NCBI RefSeq assembly: GCF_006345805.1
Contig: NC_042998.1
Coordinates: 134,416,001 to 134,480,000 of the forward strand
Direction of reading: 5' to 3'
Source: Octopus sinensis
Lineage: Eukaryota
DNA: 64,000 bases
Shown here one piece after another: positions 1 to 13,309 of this stretch. Within the stretch, counting starts at the first letter, position 1; the number at the start of each line of letters is the position of its first letter. The notes under the pieces are model-generated. The model ran no database searches, had not been told where the DNA came from, and saw only the letters and a program-made list of their open reading frames with translations. Made by a program: the position numbers and the translations under genes.

Positions 1-564
1 TTCTTCACCTAGTGCCTGTCTGGAAGTAATTTTTGTAGTTTGAATTCCTCCAATTTTTTCACTGTCATCGTAGAATATGGCAAGATATTCAGAATCTTTA
101 ACGTCAATCCCAGATAACCTGATTGAACATTGTGTACTCACAGTACGAATTCGTTTATTACGCATCTGAATAAAACATTGGATACGAAGTTGTTCACTTA
201 CTGCAGCAGAGGGATAATACAGCCATTGAATTAATGACGCAGTGCAGTCGTTAAAGTGGTGATATCTTCATTAGCGACTTCCTTCGCTAAAATGATGACT
301 ATGAAATTTAGGGATGAGGAAATAGGGAAGATCCTTATTAGTTTGTATTTTCTCACCAGATACTATTGAATGAAAACACAGTTGACCGCGGTAGGATTTG
401 AAATCGTTAAATATGAGGCTTAGATATTGGTAATATGAAATATTTTGAATGGAACTTATATCCTGGTCTTGTTCAACTAATCTGTCATGTAGACAGGTTC
501 TGTGTTATAGACATATTGCAATTCTTCATTTCTCCTCCTGAAAAAAACTATTCAGGCTTGCATG

Positions 565-885
565 GTTAGTTCAATTGTATACGAAACCGAGGTCAGCTCT
601 TTTCTGCCAAATAAGAAACTGAAAGGAAAAATGTATCGGACAATGTGGAAAAGAAAAAGATACGCCGACCATCAGTCTTTTTTCTGACACGTAGGCAAGA
701 AGACAGACACTAGGCTAGCTAGCTACATCGGTATATTGAAGGCCAAAAATACCCACCACACAGCATCGAGTGGAACATCGGTGAGAGATCTACGCCACAC
801 ATTAATGGGTCAAGGAAGTACAGGCTTTGTAAAACTGAAAGAACACACATCCTTTTAAAGTCTAAGAACTCCACCGACCTGGTCT
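565..885 (+). mobile_element. Penelope-like element remnant (GIY-YIG endonuclease C-terminal region), frameshifted
   Basis: Hand translation across frameshifts gives SIVYETEV...KMY/IGQC, KRYADHQSFF, TRLASYIGILK and IEWNIGERSTPHINGSRKYRLCKTERTHILL. This matches the PLE pattern VIY..YIG..RY.NH..SF..LS.YIW.LK..I.W.I....PY..GS..C.LC..EK..IL. Confidence 0.6.
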
Positions 886-1618
886 TTTATGGCATTTGAC
901 TCAACTCCTTCTTTTAGGTTCAAAATCTCAACTCAACTAAATTTGTCTCTGTAAGTTAATAAATATATGATGTGTTTGGATTTATTCCATTGACTAACAT
1001 TCTCTTTACAAGAAAAAATCTCAGCTTACACCCATTCAAAAGTAATTGTTGGGTGTATATGTGTTAGAAAGATCGAAAGGTTTATTTTAAATAATGTGTT
1101 AGAAAGATCGAATAAACAGTTTATTTAAAAGCTAGGAAAAAATCCACACCTCACTCAATTCCCAACAACATTGTAAATATTATCACAAGTGCATACGTTG
1201 ACATATCGATTGCTTCAACAAGTAGAAAAGTTATCAGTAAAAATCCCTGCCTCGTGTCCGAAGTGTCAAGCTAAATAAATTTACAATTGCAAAGCTGATT
1301 AGGGATATTATTGCATAAAAACAAACATGGCTTAATTCTTAAAATCCTCTAAATTCAGAGCTCAGATGATTTAAGTGATTATAGTAGCTAAAGGTTGAAA
1401 AGTTTGTTTATAATATCGTTATCGCAGTGAGTTGTTTCTAATTAATGACGGGGTGACACAAGGGGAGATTCTGTTTTGATACTTAGCTTCAGATTAGAGG
1501 CTCAAATATTTAGTCACAATCCATATCGGATCTATATTGAAAACTAAGTGTTTCTGTATCTCAGATTGAGATACGTATATCACTTGTTAAAGTTCTATTA
1601 TAAGACCCTTGGAAAAAT

Positions 1619-2990
1619 ATGTTCCTGTTCCCTTTGGACTCCCTCCACGTAACGAATGGGAATAGTGGATCCCTCACTTCTTCCCTGAAACAGCAATTCG
1701 AGTTGTTCGAATCTACCTCAACAACTGTTCATCTCAGGTCAACCCCGAACAATGGTCAACAACGTAACTTAAAGAAGGCTGTTGACGCCCAAATTCAGCG
1801 CATTTGACATTAAATGGGGCTGTTCGCCTTCTTTCCTCTCTTTCCTCTCTGTCCTCTCTCGTCGCGTATACCACAGACTCCCTCAACCAACTGAAGGAGA
1901 AACATCCTCCGTCCACTCCAGGTGATTGTCTACACTGGCCCTACCCATTAAGTTTTCTACAACCCATCTTCACCCCTGACAATGTCAAGAAAGCAATTGC
2001 CTCTTTTCCAGTAGGTTCTGGCGCTGGGATCGATGGCTTACGACCTCAGCATCTCAAGGATGGTATCTCCTTGTCAGCTGGTGATGCTGGACTCGAACTC
2101 TTGGAGAACCTAACACAGTTCATAAACTTGTTCTCGTCCGAGAGTGTTCTTGCTTACATTCGTCCCCTGTTCTTTGGGGCCAAACTATTTGGTCTCACCA
2201 AGCCCAACGGTGACCTCCGCCCCAAAGCAGTTGGTTGTTCTCTGCGACGGCTCACAACAAGAGTGTGCCTGTCCTCAGTTTCAAACTGCCTGACCGAGGA
2301 ATTTTCCCCTGTGCAGCTAGGAATAGGTACTAAGCTAGATTGTGAGGTTGTCACTCATTCCACCAGGGCTTTCACCAACTTGGCCTCTGAGTCCCCAAAG
2401 GTCATCCTCAAACTTAACCTTAAGAATGCTTTTAACTCCATCACTCTCCACGCAGTAAGGGAGAATTCCCCACCATTTTATCATTTCGTTTGGCAAGCCT
2501 ATCAGGAGCCCTCCTTCTTCTCGTTTAGTGACCACCTCATCCCATCTGCCTCTGGAGTCCAACAGGGTGATCCACTTGGTCCTGCCCTATTCGCATTGGC
2601 TATTGATGATGTTACCAAGATGGGAACCGACCTAGATCTAAATGTCTGGCACCTCAATGATGTTTGTTTGGGAGGCCTTCCTGACAAGGTGCTTACAACT
2701 GCTAGGACGATGATCGAGGAACTTGGTCATAGAGGTCTTAGCGTTAACAGCTCCAACTGCAAGCTCTGGCTCCTCAACCACCCAGCTTTGCATGAGCAGA
2801 CTACTAAACTATTTGTTGACTCCCTCCCCTCAATCGCGATTCCTCCTTCATCAGTGAGGTGTTCCCTTGGAGACCCAATTACTGACCTAGCTATCGAATC
2901 CATCTTTAGATCCAAAATGGCTAACCTCGAACTTTTAAAAAACACCTTGAAGTCATTGAGCCCCACCAAGTTTTTTTTATACATTGGAAT
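1619..2990 (+). mobile_element. CRE-clade-like non-LTR retrotransposon reverse transcriptase remnant (defective)
   Basis: ORFs 1619-1807 and 1804-3030 contain FPVGSGAGIDGLRPQHLKD, LTKPNGDLRPKAVG, VQLGIG, LNLKNAFNSI and SGVQQGDPLGPALF. The catalytic YLDD appears as HLND, there is a frameshift near 1805, and the element is truncated before any endonuclease. Confidence 0.75.
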
Positions 2991-4224
2991 TACTTGTCAA
3001 TTCCTAGGCTATTGTATTTTGTTTAAGTGAAATTAATATTAACAGTGGATATTAGCTATGGGCATGAAAGTATGATATAAGAAAGTCTAATCAGAGAATC
3101 TTATTTGTTTTTTGTCATTCTTGACTGAAGATATAGAAGCAACGTCGCCAGCTTTGTATAAATATCCTATAACTCGCTGATTAAGGCGTCAAAGCTTTCT
3201 AACGACTATTGTATCTTTGGACTTAAAATGCACTTGTCCGTAACGGTCTCGTGCTGTAGACAGAAATGTATTTTTTTCATTTCCCATTTAAATTTTTCTG
3301 CGAGGAATTTCTTTTCTGTTGTAATACAGGTTCTGCATAATAGCATTATCAAATGCCTACGGCATCGATAGAATTTATACACGACTTACGGGATATACTT
3401 TTAAGATCAGATATGATCAATATGTACAGACACTCAGGTCGAGTGACGAAGAGAATTCTAACTTTTTCACGTTTAGAAATTAAGGCATGGCTGAAATAAA
3501 AGTGTCTCCATAACCTAGAATATCGTAAGCAGAGCAACCGCATACAATAACGAGACTAGAAACTGCTAATTCAATTATTCTATAGATCTTTGGCCTTCGT
3601 TGTAATACGTATTCTATACAACATCATCATGGTGGGTGTTAAATAAATCTTCGTTTTTACTTATTTATTTCAAAATATTAGTAATTTCAATCACCCTCTG
3701 TCCACCTGTTGACAGCATTTGCCTACTTGAAGTGACTTTGATAAATTGTCTGTATGTATGTGACAAATATGAGTGTCCTGTGTAACATATGTAAACATTA
3801 CTAATCCCTGAATTCCTTTATCTATAGATACTACACTATGGCCTAACTTTGGGGCTCTAATCTATACAACACATTAAACCTAATCACCTAGTTACCCAAC
3901 ATAAATATTTTCTTCTGTACTTTATTGTTGCTTTTTATGGAAAGGATTTAATGCCTGCCTGTAGATACATCACTAACCCTCATCTATTACGCTCTAATCA
4001 ATACAAAATGTTAAGCCTGTTACATTGACATTAAATATTCTTACTCTATACATTACCATCGTTTTTAATGGGAAGTAGGGTTTAAATTAATACCCCCAAG
4101 CTTGCAGCACGCCTCACAGTCACTGGTACGCAATGATTACTGACATATGCTCAAAATCTTTTATTTAGGAGAAAAGAAAAGTAGTGGTGTTCCAGTGTCT
4201 TTCATGGATGTATTTGAACAGAAA

Positions 4225-4256
<32 letters not shown>

Positions 4257-4257
<1 letters not shown>

Positions 4258-4407
4258 GACAGGCTTCTTTCAGTTTCCGTCTATCTAATCCACTCACAAG
4301 GCTTTGGTCGGCCCGAAGCTATAGTAGAAGACATTTGTCCAAGGTGCCACGTAGTAGAACTGACTCAAGAATCATGTGGTTGAGAAGCATGCTCTTTACC
4401 ACACACC
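4257..4407 (-). mobile_element. tRNA-derived SINE family A, 5' half
   Basis: Reverse complement of the head and core of the copy at 21599-22030; it adjoins a (TA)n run. Confidence 0.8.
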
Positions 4408-4740
4408 ATTATATTCCTCATCATAATTTTTAACATATCACAGAACCTTGCAAATGAACGAAAGAAATCAGTTATTGTGAACATAGCAAAAAAAAAAGAT
4501 CTAACTTCTGAGTTTTAGTGACATGGCAACGTTGTGTCAGATTAATTCGTAACTTGCATCACTAACAAAATTTAACTGGAAATACTCAGACGATGAAGAA
4601 ATGGCATTACTAATACTAAAAACTAATATTTCATTACCATTTTTGGCAAGTACGAAAGTAACTTGAGACCTGTTTCGGTCTTAGCGAAGGATACACTTAC
4701 CTGTGTTTGCCGAAGTTGTTATGAAAAAAATCACTATGTA

Positions 4741-6028
4741 CGAGGGACGTTCAATAAGTAATGCCTCTGATCCACTTGCAGTTGTTTGATCTAGCTGAAA
4801 TTTTGCATGTGCAATCATTTATATCTCTATAGTAAGTGGCAAATTACAGCTCTGAACTAATTGTGGTTTCTGATTTACAGGTGTTTGAACCGAGTCAAGT
4901 GTGAAATGGAGCCTGTTGAGTGTCGAGCAGTGATCCGGTTTTTGTATTTGAAAGGACGCACACCACGGGAGACTTTTGATGAAATGAAAGTAACTTATGG
5001 TGATGATGCCCCATCATATGACCTTGTAAAACGCTGGCATCGTGAATTCAAACATGGTCGGAACTCTGTGGAAACAGCTCCCAGATCTGGTCGCCCCTTC
5101 TGCCATTGATGAGGCATCTGTCCGTCAAGTTGAGGCTGCCATTTTGGAAGATCGACGCATAATTATTCGCCAAATAGCCCATTAGGTCAAGATTAGTACC
5201 GGGTCTGTAGAAACTATCATTCATGACCATTTGCATATTCAAAAGGTGTCTGCCAGATGGATTCCCAGGTTGCTCACGCCTTTCCGGAAGCAAGAACGCG
5301 TTGAGTGCTCGAGGGTGAATTTGGAGATGTGCCAAGAAGATGAGTCAAAATTTTTCAAAAGACTGATTACACAGGATGAAACCTGGGTCCATTACGATGA
5401 TCCAGAGACCAAAGACCAGTCAATGCAGTGGAAGCACCGTGACTCACCCCCTCCAAAGAAGGCAAGGGTGCAGCCCTCCGCTGGCAAGGTCATGCTCACA
5501 GTCTTCTGGGACCAGGACGGAGTAGTGATGACAGATTTCCTGGCAAAGGGTACCACAATTGCAGGAGCCTATTATGCTTCACTTTTGAGGAAATTAAGAG
5601 AAGTTATCAAAATCAAGAGGCGGGGCAAGATCAGCAAAGGCATCCTCCTCCTGCAAGACAACGCTCCGGTCCACAACTCGCTTGTCGCCAGATCAGAAGC
5701 ACAGGCGTATGGCTATGAACTCCTCCCCCATCCCCCTACTTTCCTGACCTTGCACCCTCTGATTTTCACCTCTTCCCAGTCATGAAGTTATTTTTGAAAG
5801 GAAAGCGTTTCCCAGATGATGCAGCCTTGATTTCTGAAGTCACGTTCAGGTTGGAGGACCAAGCTGGGGTCTTCTACAAAAACGGTCTCCAGAGCTGCAT
5901 CAAGCAATGGGAGAAATGCGTAACTCTGGGTGGTTCCTATGTAGAAAAAGACTAATAACTGTACCAAGTTTCGTTGCTCTACTGCTATGGGAAGTGGGTC
6001 AGGGGCATTACTTATTGAACGCCCCTCG
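4741..6028 (+). mobile_element. Full-length mariner (DD34D-type) DNA transposon, 1288 bp, defective
   Basis: TIRs CGAGGGACGTTCAATAAGTAATGCC and GGCATTACTTATTGAACGCCCCTCG, with TA duplications at 4739-4740 and 6029-6030. Confidence 0.95.
4906..5955 (+). pseudogene. Mariner transposase pseudogene
   Basis: MEPVECRAVIRFL HTH, WIPRLL, ITQDETWVH, LLQDNAPVH and a frameshifted HPP(YS)PDLAPSDFHLF. Frameshifts lie near 5100 and 5745, with an in-frame stop near 5183. Confidence 0.92.
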
Positions 6029-7289
6029 TAGATAAACAATACTGTAGACAAGTAAGCGAAAAAATGTAGCAATTTTACATTATATCAGTTTGCGTTATGC
6101 ATTTTGGCAAAGCATCCTCCACATGATTCACTTCGGAGAAAATCGGTTCTGATATTTCCTTGTCCAAATGGCATCGCATTAAGCATCAAGTTCTTGACTT
6201 TATTTTCGTTTTGTGTGTATTTTTCTTATCGATAAAATAAATATAAAAACATAACGATCTACCCTTTCTGTCGTTTCTTCACATCCTCTTCAGCTATAAT
6301 ATTGATTTCTAGCATTGACACAAGGCTTTTAGTTTGATGGTATTATAGTATAATTGATTAAATCATTAAATCAACTCAGTATTTGACTAGTAATTTATTT
6401 TATCGATCTCGAAAGAATGAAAGAAGTTGCTATTAGCTGGATTTTAACTTCAACAATCTAACATTTCTGCTAATCCAAGACGTTTAATAATTCAAGGCTC
6501 TCTCTCTCTCTCTCTTTCTCTGACGTTATACTATTGATATCATAACAGTTTAAAATCACTAATATATTTTGTCAACATGGGTGTGATTAAAGACAATGTC
6601 AGTCCCAAACTTATTCAGTGCATAGGTGTATGATTACTACATCTTTTAATGGGGGTTTTTTTTTCAGACTTAAATGACACTCGCACCGCGATCGATTAAT
6701 TGACTACAGTCCTCCCATTCAACTTTGTGGCTTAATACTAAAGTTAAAAATCATAGGTAGAATCGGTGGAGCAATAGATTGAATACATTGCGATATTTTG
6801 CTACGCATTTTCTTGTTCGACTTTGAATCCCACCGAGGTCTACTTTGTCTCTCATCTTCAAGTAATTGCTTTTAACAAAGGCACAGAGCCCGGAATTTGG
6901 AGAAAGGGTTTGCCGATTAATTCGATCCCAATATTTGACCTACCCTATGCAAAGCTAACTTTGATGGAACTTGAACTCAGAGCAAATAGTGCAAAACGTT
7001 TTGACCGACGTTTTAATGACTCTGCCAGTCCTCAGGTGCCAGTAATCTTAATCTCAATAAACACCCTTTGAGCAAGTTCTCAAACCCATAATTGTTTCTA
7101 ACATTGGCACAACTTTAGCGAGAGGGTATAGTCAATTAGATAACCCCTAGCCCTAACCCTAATTGAAACATCTATCACTCAAAACTGTTGGCATTGAGGT
7201 TAAATTTGAAGCTATGATCATAAAGGCGGCTAGCTGGCAAGCATTATTAGAGCGTCAGACAGTATGCCTCGGGGAATTTCAGCCAAACC

Positions 7290-7835
7290 TTTATGCACTG
7301 AGTTCTAATCGTGTCAGAGTCAACCTTGACTTTCCTCCCTCCGGAGTCTATAAAATAAAAGTTCCAGTCAAGTACTAGAGTCAATTTAATCAACTAATCC
7401 CTCCTTTCAAAATTGCTGGTCTTGTGCCTAAATTAAAAACTGTTACAAGTGGCGAACCGTCAAAATCGTTAGAGCGTTGGAATAGATTCCTTGTAGCTTT
7501 CCATCCAGTTTAAATTCCTTGCAGCATTACTTCCGATTCTTTACACTCAGAGTTCATCATCATGGGTTGATAAAATAAAATAACAGCCAAGTACTGGAAT
7601 CGATGGTATCGATTAACCCCTGGGTGATTAATTTGCGGAATTGTTTAAGCGTCGGACGAAAATTTGCTTTGTGATGTTTGTCCCCGCTCTTTTATGTGCT
7701 GAGTTCAACTCACGTCTAAGTTAACTTTGCCTTTCATCATTTGCAGGTCGATAAAGTAAAATACCAGTCAAATACCGCAGTCGATGTAATCGACTAACCT
7801 CCTCTCACAAATGTTAGGCCTTGTACCTCTATCAG
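7290..7835 (+). mobile_element. Cluster of about three degenerate SINE family B copies
   Basis: Repeated gagttc(a/t)a B-box-like, (g)gtcgataaa..aaata.cagt and gtcgatgtaatcgact segments, homologous to 41210-41350 and 57345-57565. Confidence 0.6.
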
Positions 7836-7841
7836 AAATAA

Positions 7842-8035
7842 TAATAATTATTATTGTTATTGTTATTGTTATTGTTATTGTTATTGTTATTGTTATTATT
7901 ATTATTGTTATTATTATTATTATTATTGTTGTTGTTGTTGTTGTTGTTGTTATTGTTATTGTTATTGTTATTATTATTATTGTTATTATTATTATTATTA
8001 TTATTAATTATTATTATTATTATTATTATTTATTA

Positions 8036-8066
<31 letters not shown>

Positions 8067-8074
8067 TATTATTA

Positions 8075-8109
<35 letters not shown>

Positions 8110-8162
8110 ATTATTATTATATTATTATTATTATTATTATTATATTATTATTATTATTATTA

Positions 8163-8205
<43 letters not shown>

Positions 8206-8300
8206 ATTATTATTATTATTATTATATTATTATTATTATTATTATTATTAATATTATTATTATTATTATTATTTATTATTATTATTATTATTAATTATTG

Positions 8301-8365
<65 letters not shown>

Positions 8366-8373
8366 TATTATTA
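7842..8373. repeat. (ATT)n/(GTT)n trinucleotide microsatellite
   Basis: Visible tandem ATT with GTT and ATC variants. Confidence 0.97.
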
Positions 8374-8954
<581 letters not shown>

Positions 8955-9692
8955 TGCATGCTATTTTTATTTCACCGCGCATCAGTCCTAAGCGAGTAAC
9001 TTATGATCAAATATATTCTACCCATGACCATCTCGTCTTTTTCCTGTCCAGGAAACCCAAGAATAGATTGTTCCACGTGTCCTTTCTTTAAGATAGCAAG
9101 GTGTATATTTGAGGGAGGTTTGGCTACCATTTCGAAAACATAATTATTAGCGAGGTCAGTGAAAAGCAAAATTGGTAGAACGTCGGACAAATTGCCTAAC
9201 AATATGTAGTAACTGATGATTTTTTACATTCTGAGTTTGCAATAATCATTATGAACTCAATAGGATAAGGTCTTATTCAAGTAATGGGGTTGGGACCAGA
9301 TAAAATCGATGTAATCGACTGTGCCGCCAAAGAAGGGTTGATTACATGCTTTTTTGATCAGCTATTTCTGAAAAGTTTCGTTGGGAAGAAATAAAGAGTA
9401 CCCCTGTAAAAGAATGTTTTCTTAGAGAAGATATAAACTTAAATATAGATGAAGAGAAAATAGGATTCGGTATTATAACATTCATATCTATTCAAACTGA
9501 AACGATTTTTTCAAGGAGCCAAAACTGACTCAACTCGTAAAGAATTTACTGCTACAATAATGGCATACGTCAACATCATGCAACGTCCACAAAGTTAAAT
9601 GACTAGTTTCTATTATTTCTCGAAGTCTAAATGACCAGGAATAGCAGTTTTTTTTTTTGATGCCTTAATTTTGTTAAAAACTGTAATCTTAC

Positions 9693-10929
9693 CTGAATCG
9701 ATCAGACATTCCAAGACCTCTAGAATCTTATCGGAGTTGGGTTGATGAACAAGCGGAATGGAAGTGAGCAACATCTTAAATGTTTCTTTCTTCAGACTAT
9801 TCCTTTGTGATCTTTCGATCACATAAACATTGATAATTTTGCAAAGTTCATTCACCATCGACGGATCTGCTGCAAAGGAACTTGTAACAATTCCATACAT
9901 TACATCTGGATTTATGAGGGATATTTCGCCTGAGGATAACCGATTAAAAAGTGGACTAATCACTTTTTTCAAAACTGCTTGTCTTTGCTGGGGTTCACAG
10001 GAAATTATTTCAGGCAAAATTGTTAGAATATTATCTACAGAAAAGAAATCATTTTCAAATGTTTCTGGGGGTAGTTCTTCCAACATGGTAGCCATCACAA
10101 TAGTACTACGCTTGATACGTCCAGGTTCGTTTTCTTCGGAATTAACATATTTAGTGTCTCTAATTAAATCGCAGTCACGAACTATGTGTGGTTTTCCTGA
10201 TTGATCGTCATTTTTCTTCAAATTCTCGAAATCTCCCTTTTCAACAAAGCTGTTCTCCATTCCAAGGCGCATCAGTGACAGTATCAGCTCAGACAAGCAG
10301 TTTTTTTGGACCCCTTTCTCTTTGGCACATGCTATAACTTTAATTATCCAAGCTATGGGTAATTCATACAACTGTTCAACAACGCCACTGTCATATACAT
10401 CGATCAGTTTCTTCCGATTGGGGTTGCTGAACCTTGTCGGAGGTGTAGACCAACATCTCGCCAGTGCATCCGTGCATTTATCAACCAAACCTATTTCTTC
10501 GGCCATTTCCCTGACGTTGCAACAGTTCTGCAAAAGCTTAATGATAGTGTCAGCAGACCGACTAATCTTTGAAGACATTACCATATTTTCAATAAATTTT
10601 TCAGTCATTTCGATTAAATTATCTGTACCCATCATCTCCAAGTAAGCTGCTGCCAGTCGAAGTTCAACCACATTATCGACGATCAAACTTATATTGATTC
10701 CATAACAAAAATCTGCAATAAGACCAAATACATCTGAACCACCCGGGAAGTCTTTCAGTTCTAAACTTAGAACGTTTCCAATAATTCCTTCAGACAATTC
10801 TCTCACACGCTTGCAAATGTAATCGGACTTGGTTAGCAAAGGAAATCTGTGAAGTTTAAATTCTGTGTTACCAACCCAGATGGTAATATCTGAGAACTCT
10901 CCATTTTCCCGGAATTTGGCGTAACTCAT
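9693..10929 (-). CDS. BTB/POZ-domain protein, NPH3/RPT2-like; large first coding exon (about 412 codons)
   Basis: Intact 438-aa ORF with SDITIWVGNTEFKLHRFPLLTKS, LKDFPGGSDVFGLIADFCYG and NVVELRLAAAYLEM. A strong donor CAG|GTAAGA at 9693/9692 (phase 1) means the last ~26 aa of the ORF are probably intronic. Candidate acceptors lie just upstream of the ATG (about 10940-10947). Confidence 0.88.
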
Positions 10930-10988
10930 GTTTCGTTCGGGATGAAGAGACTGACTCGTGAAATATTAATAAATGTATATTTGTTCGT

Positions 10989-11172
10989 TTGTATGTATGT
11001 ATGTAAGTATGTATGTATGTATGTATGTATGTATGTATGTATGTATGTATGTATGTATGTATGTATGTATGTATGTATGTATGTATGTATGTATGTATGT
11101 ATGTATGTATGTATTTAGTATGTATGTATGTATGTATGTAGTATGTATGTATGTATGTATGTATGTATGTAT
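10989..11172. repeat. (TATG)n microsatellite
   Basis: Visible tandem repeat. Confidence 0.97.
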
Positions 11173-12180
11173 GCACAAAATGGTTATATTCCTTGCTTTG
11201 TCTTCCTCTTACTAAGTTTCGCTATGACTGTTTTGTATTTACTGACAACAAAAGTGTATTAACTTGAATTGAAGGTAAATAATATTCATGCATCTATACA
11301 GCAATCATTTGTAGTATGATTCATAGTCTTTATATGCGAATTTATAATTATATTTACATGTACACATGCCTATAAATTATGCACACACATGTATATATAT
11401 ACTACTGCACAAATGTGTGTTTACACACGCTTATGTTGCTCTTGTAAAAATATATGTATATGTGTGTGTTTACAAACAACTGTGTGTGCATGTACGTGTG
11501 AGAATAAACAAAAAAAGTGTGTGCTGTGTATGACTGTATATGTGTGTGGGTTTGTGTGAATATGTTTCTTTGAAAAACTTAAATTTGTGTCTAAAATGTT
11601 ACACCGAAGAAACGATTTCCTGCACGTACGTATCAGTGAACGTACGTAATGAGTTAGAAACACTATATCACTCGCTGAATGAACAGGTCAATCCCAGAAT
11701 GCAATTCTCTTCTGTTGCTCATGCTATTTGTTTTTGTTTTTGTTTTTGTTTTTGCTGTCATTGAAACAAAATATTTTCCACTCATGAAAAATTCTCTTCG
11801 ATATTTATTATTAGTTTTTTTTTGTTGTTGTTGCTTATTCTAAAGTTATAAGACTGCTGATTGATTAATATATTGATTGATTGATTTAGTGATTCAGTAT
11901 TCTAAAGTGTCGTCTGGTTTTGCGACAAGAGTCTGCCTTTCTCAGCATTTATTTATCTCTTTCTCCTTTTTCTCTTATATTACGCGCACACAAGCACACA
12001 CATGTATTATTTTGTATGTGTGTGTGTGTGTGTGTGTGTATGTGTGTGTGAGTGTCTGCGTGCGTGCACGTGCATGTTTTTGTATGTATACATTCAGTCG
12101 CGCGTGCGCACACACATATGTATAAATAGCTATATATACACATACATTTTTATGTACGTATATGCGCGTGTGTATAATTT

Positions 12181-12237
<57 letters not shown>

Positions 12238-12329
12238 TAGATGTACGTTATATATACATACATACGTACATACATATACTCTCATACAATACATATATAC
12301 TTACACTCTGATACTCTGACCCCCCCTAC

Positions 12330-12379
<50 letters not shown>

Positions 12380-12800
12380 ACGCGCAGAGAACCGGTTGCT
12401 AAGGAAGGGAGTGGTGTTGCGTGGTTGACGATGATTGCAGTGTTGACCAATGTTAATCAATGACTTAACAAAGTAGGCAGATCTGCCGTGAAGCTATATT
12501 TCCCCACTTCCACCACTACCGCTATAACCAACCCTGCTACTCGTGTTTCTATAACCGATCCACCCTGTAACCGTTTCTCTTTTGCTTTCCAATCAGAGAT
12601 CTGGAATTCTCTTCGGTGCGATTCATAATTCAGACAAACAATAGGTATTCATAATGTCCATGTGTGTATCTACAAACGCACGCACATGCACACACACACA
12701 CGTGCGCGCGCGCATACACACGCACACAAACAAACAACAACAAAAACAAACGACCAAGCAAAAATATTCATGCGTACATACATACATTCATACATACAGG

Positions 12801-12878
<78 letters not shown>
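12801..12878. repeat. (GATA)n microsatellite
   Basis: Visible tandem repeat. Confidence 0.97.
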
Positions 12879-12904
12879 TCTTATTTTGTACTTGTCTCAT
12901 TCTT

Positions 12905-13035
12905 TTCTACTCTAGGCACAAATCCCGAAATTTTTGGGGAGAGGGCCAGTTAATTAAATCAACCCCAGTACGAAACTGGTACTTGATTTATCGACCCCGA
13001 AAGGATGAAAAGTCGACCACGGCAGAATTTGAACT
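12905..13035 (-). mobile_element. SINE family B, 3' portion
   Basis: aaccccagtac..ctggtact..tttatcgaccccgaaaggatgaaa..gtcgacc.cggcagaatttgaac matches 57405-57490. Confidence 0.75.
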
Positions 13036-13309
13036 TGTCTCATTCTCTCCTTCATGTTCGCTCATTCATACCCCCTCAGCAGCGTTTTCCTGCTGACGCC
13101 ACCAAATTGAACAATGTTATCGATAAGGTATCTAGGTGTCGAAACTGTGATTTTTGGTCAATAACTGATGAGGTATGAACGAGTTCACGTACTTTGTGTG
13201 TTTTTTCTGTTTTCTGCATGTTCCTTCATCGTCTTTCCGTGCAATATTTTACTCTGTGTGTGTGTGTGTGTGTGCGTGCATAGCAGGTTTGTAAATAAAG
13301 TAAAGAGAC

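Noticed and set aside
166-201. GTAAGT...TTTTATTCAG mini-intron on the minus strand
   Set aside because: Only 36 nt and it reads through in frame; too short to call without RNA data.
9830-10645. Plus-strand ORFs of 124 and 107 aa
   Set aside because: Antisense shadows of the BTB exon.
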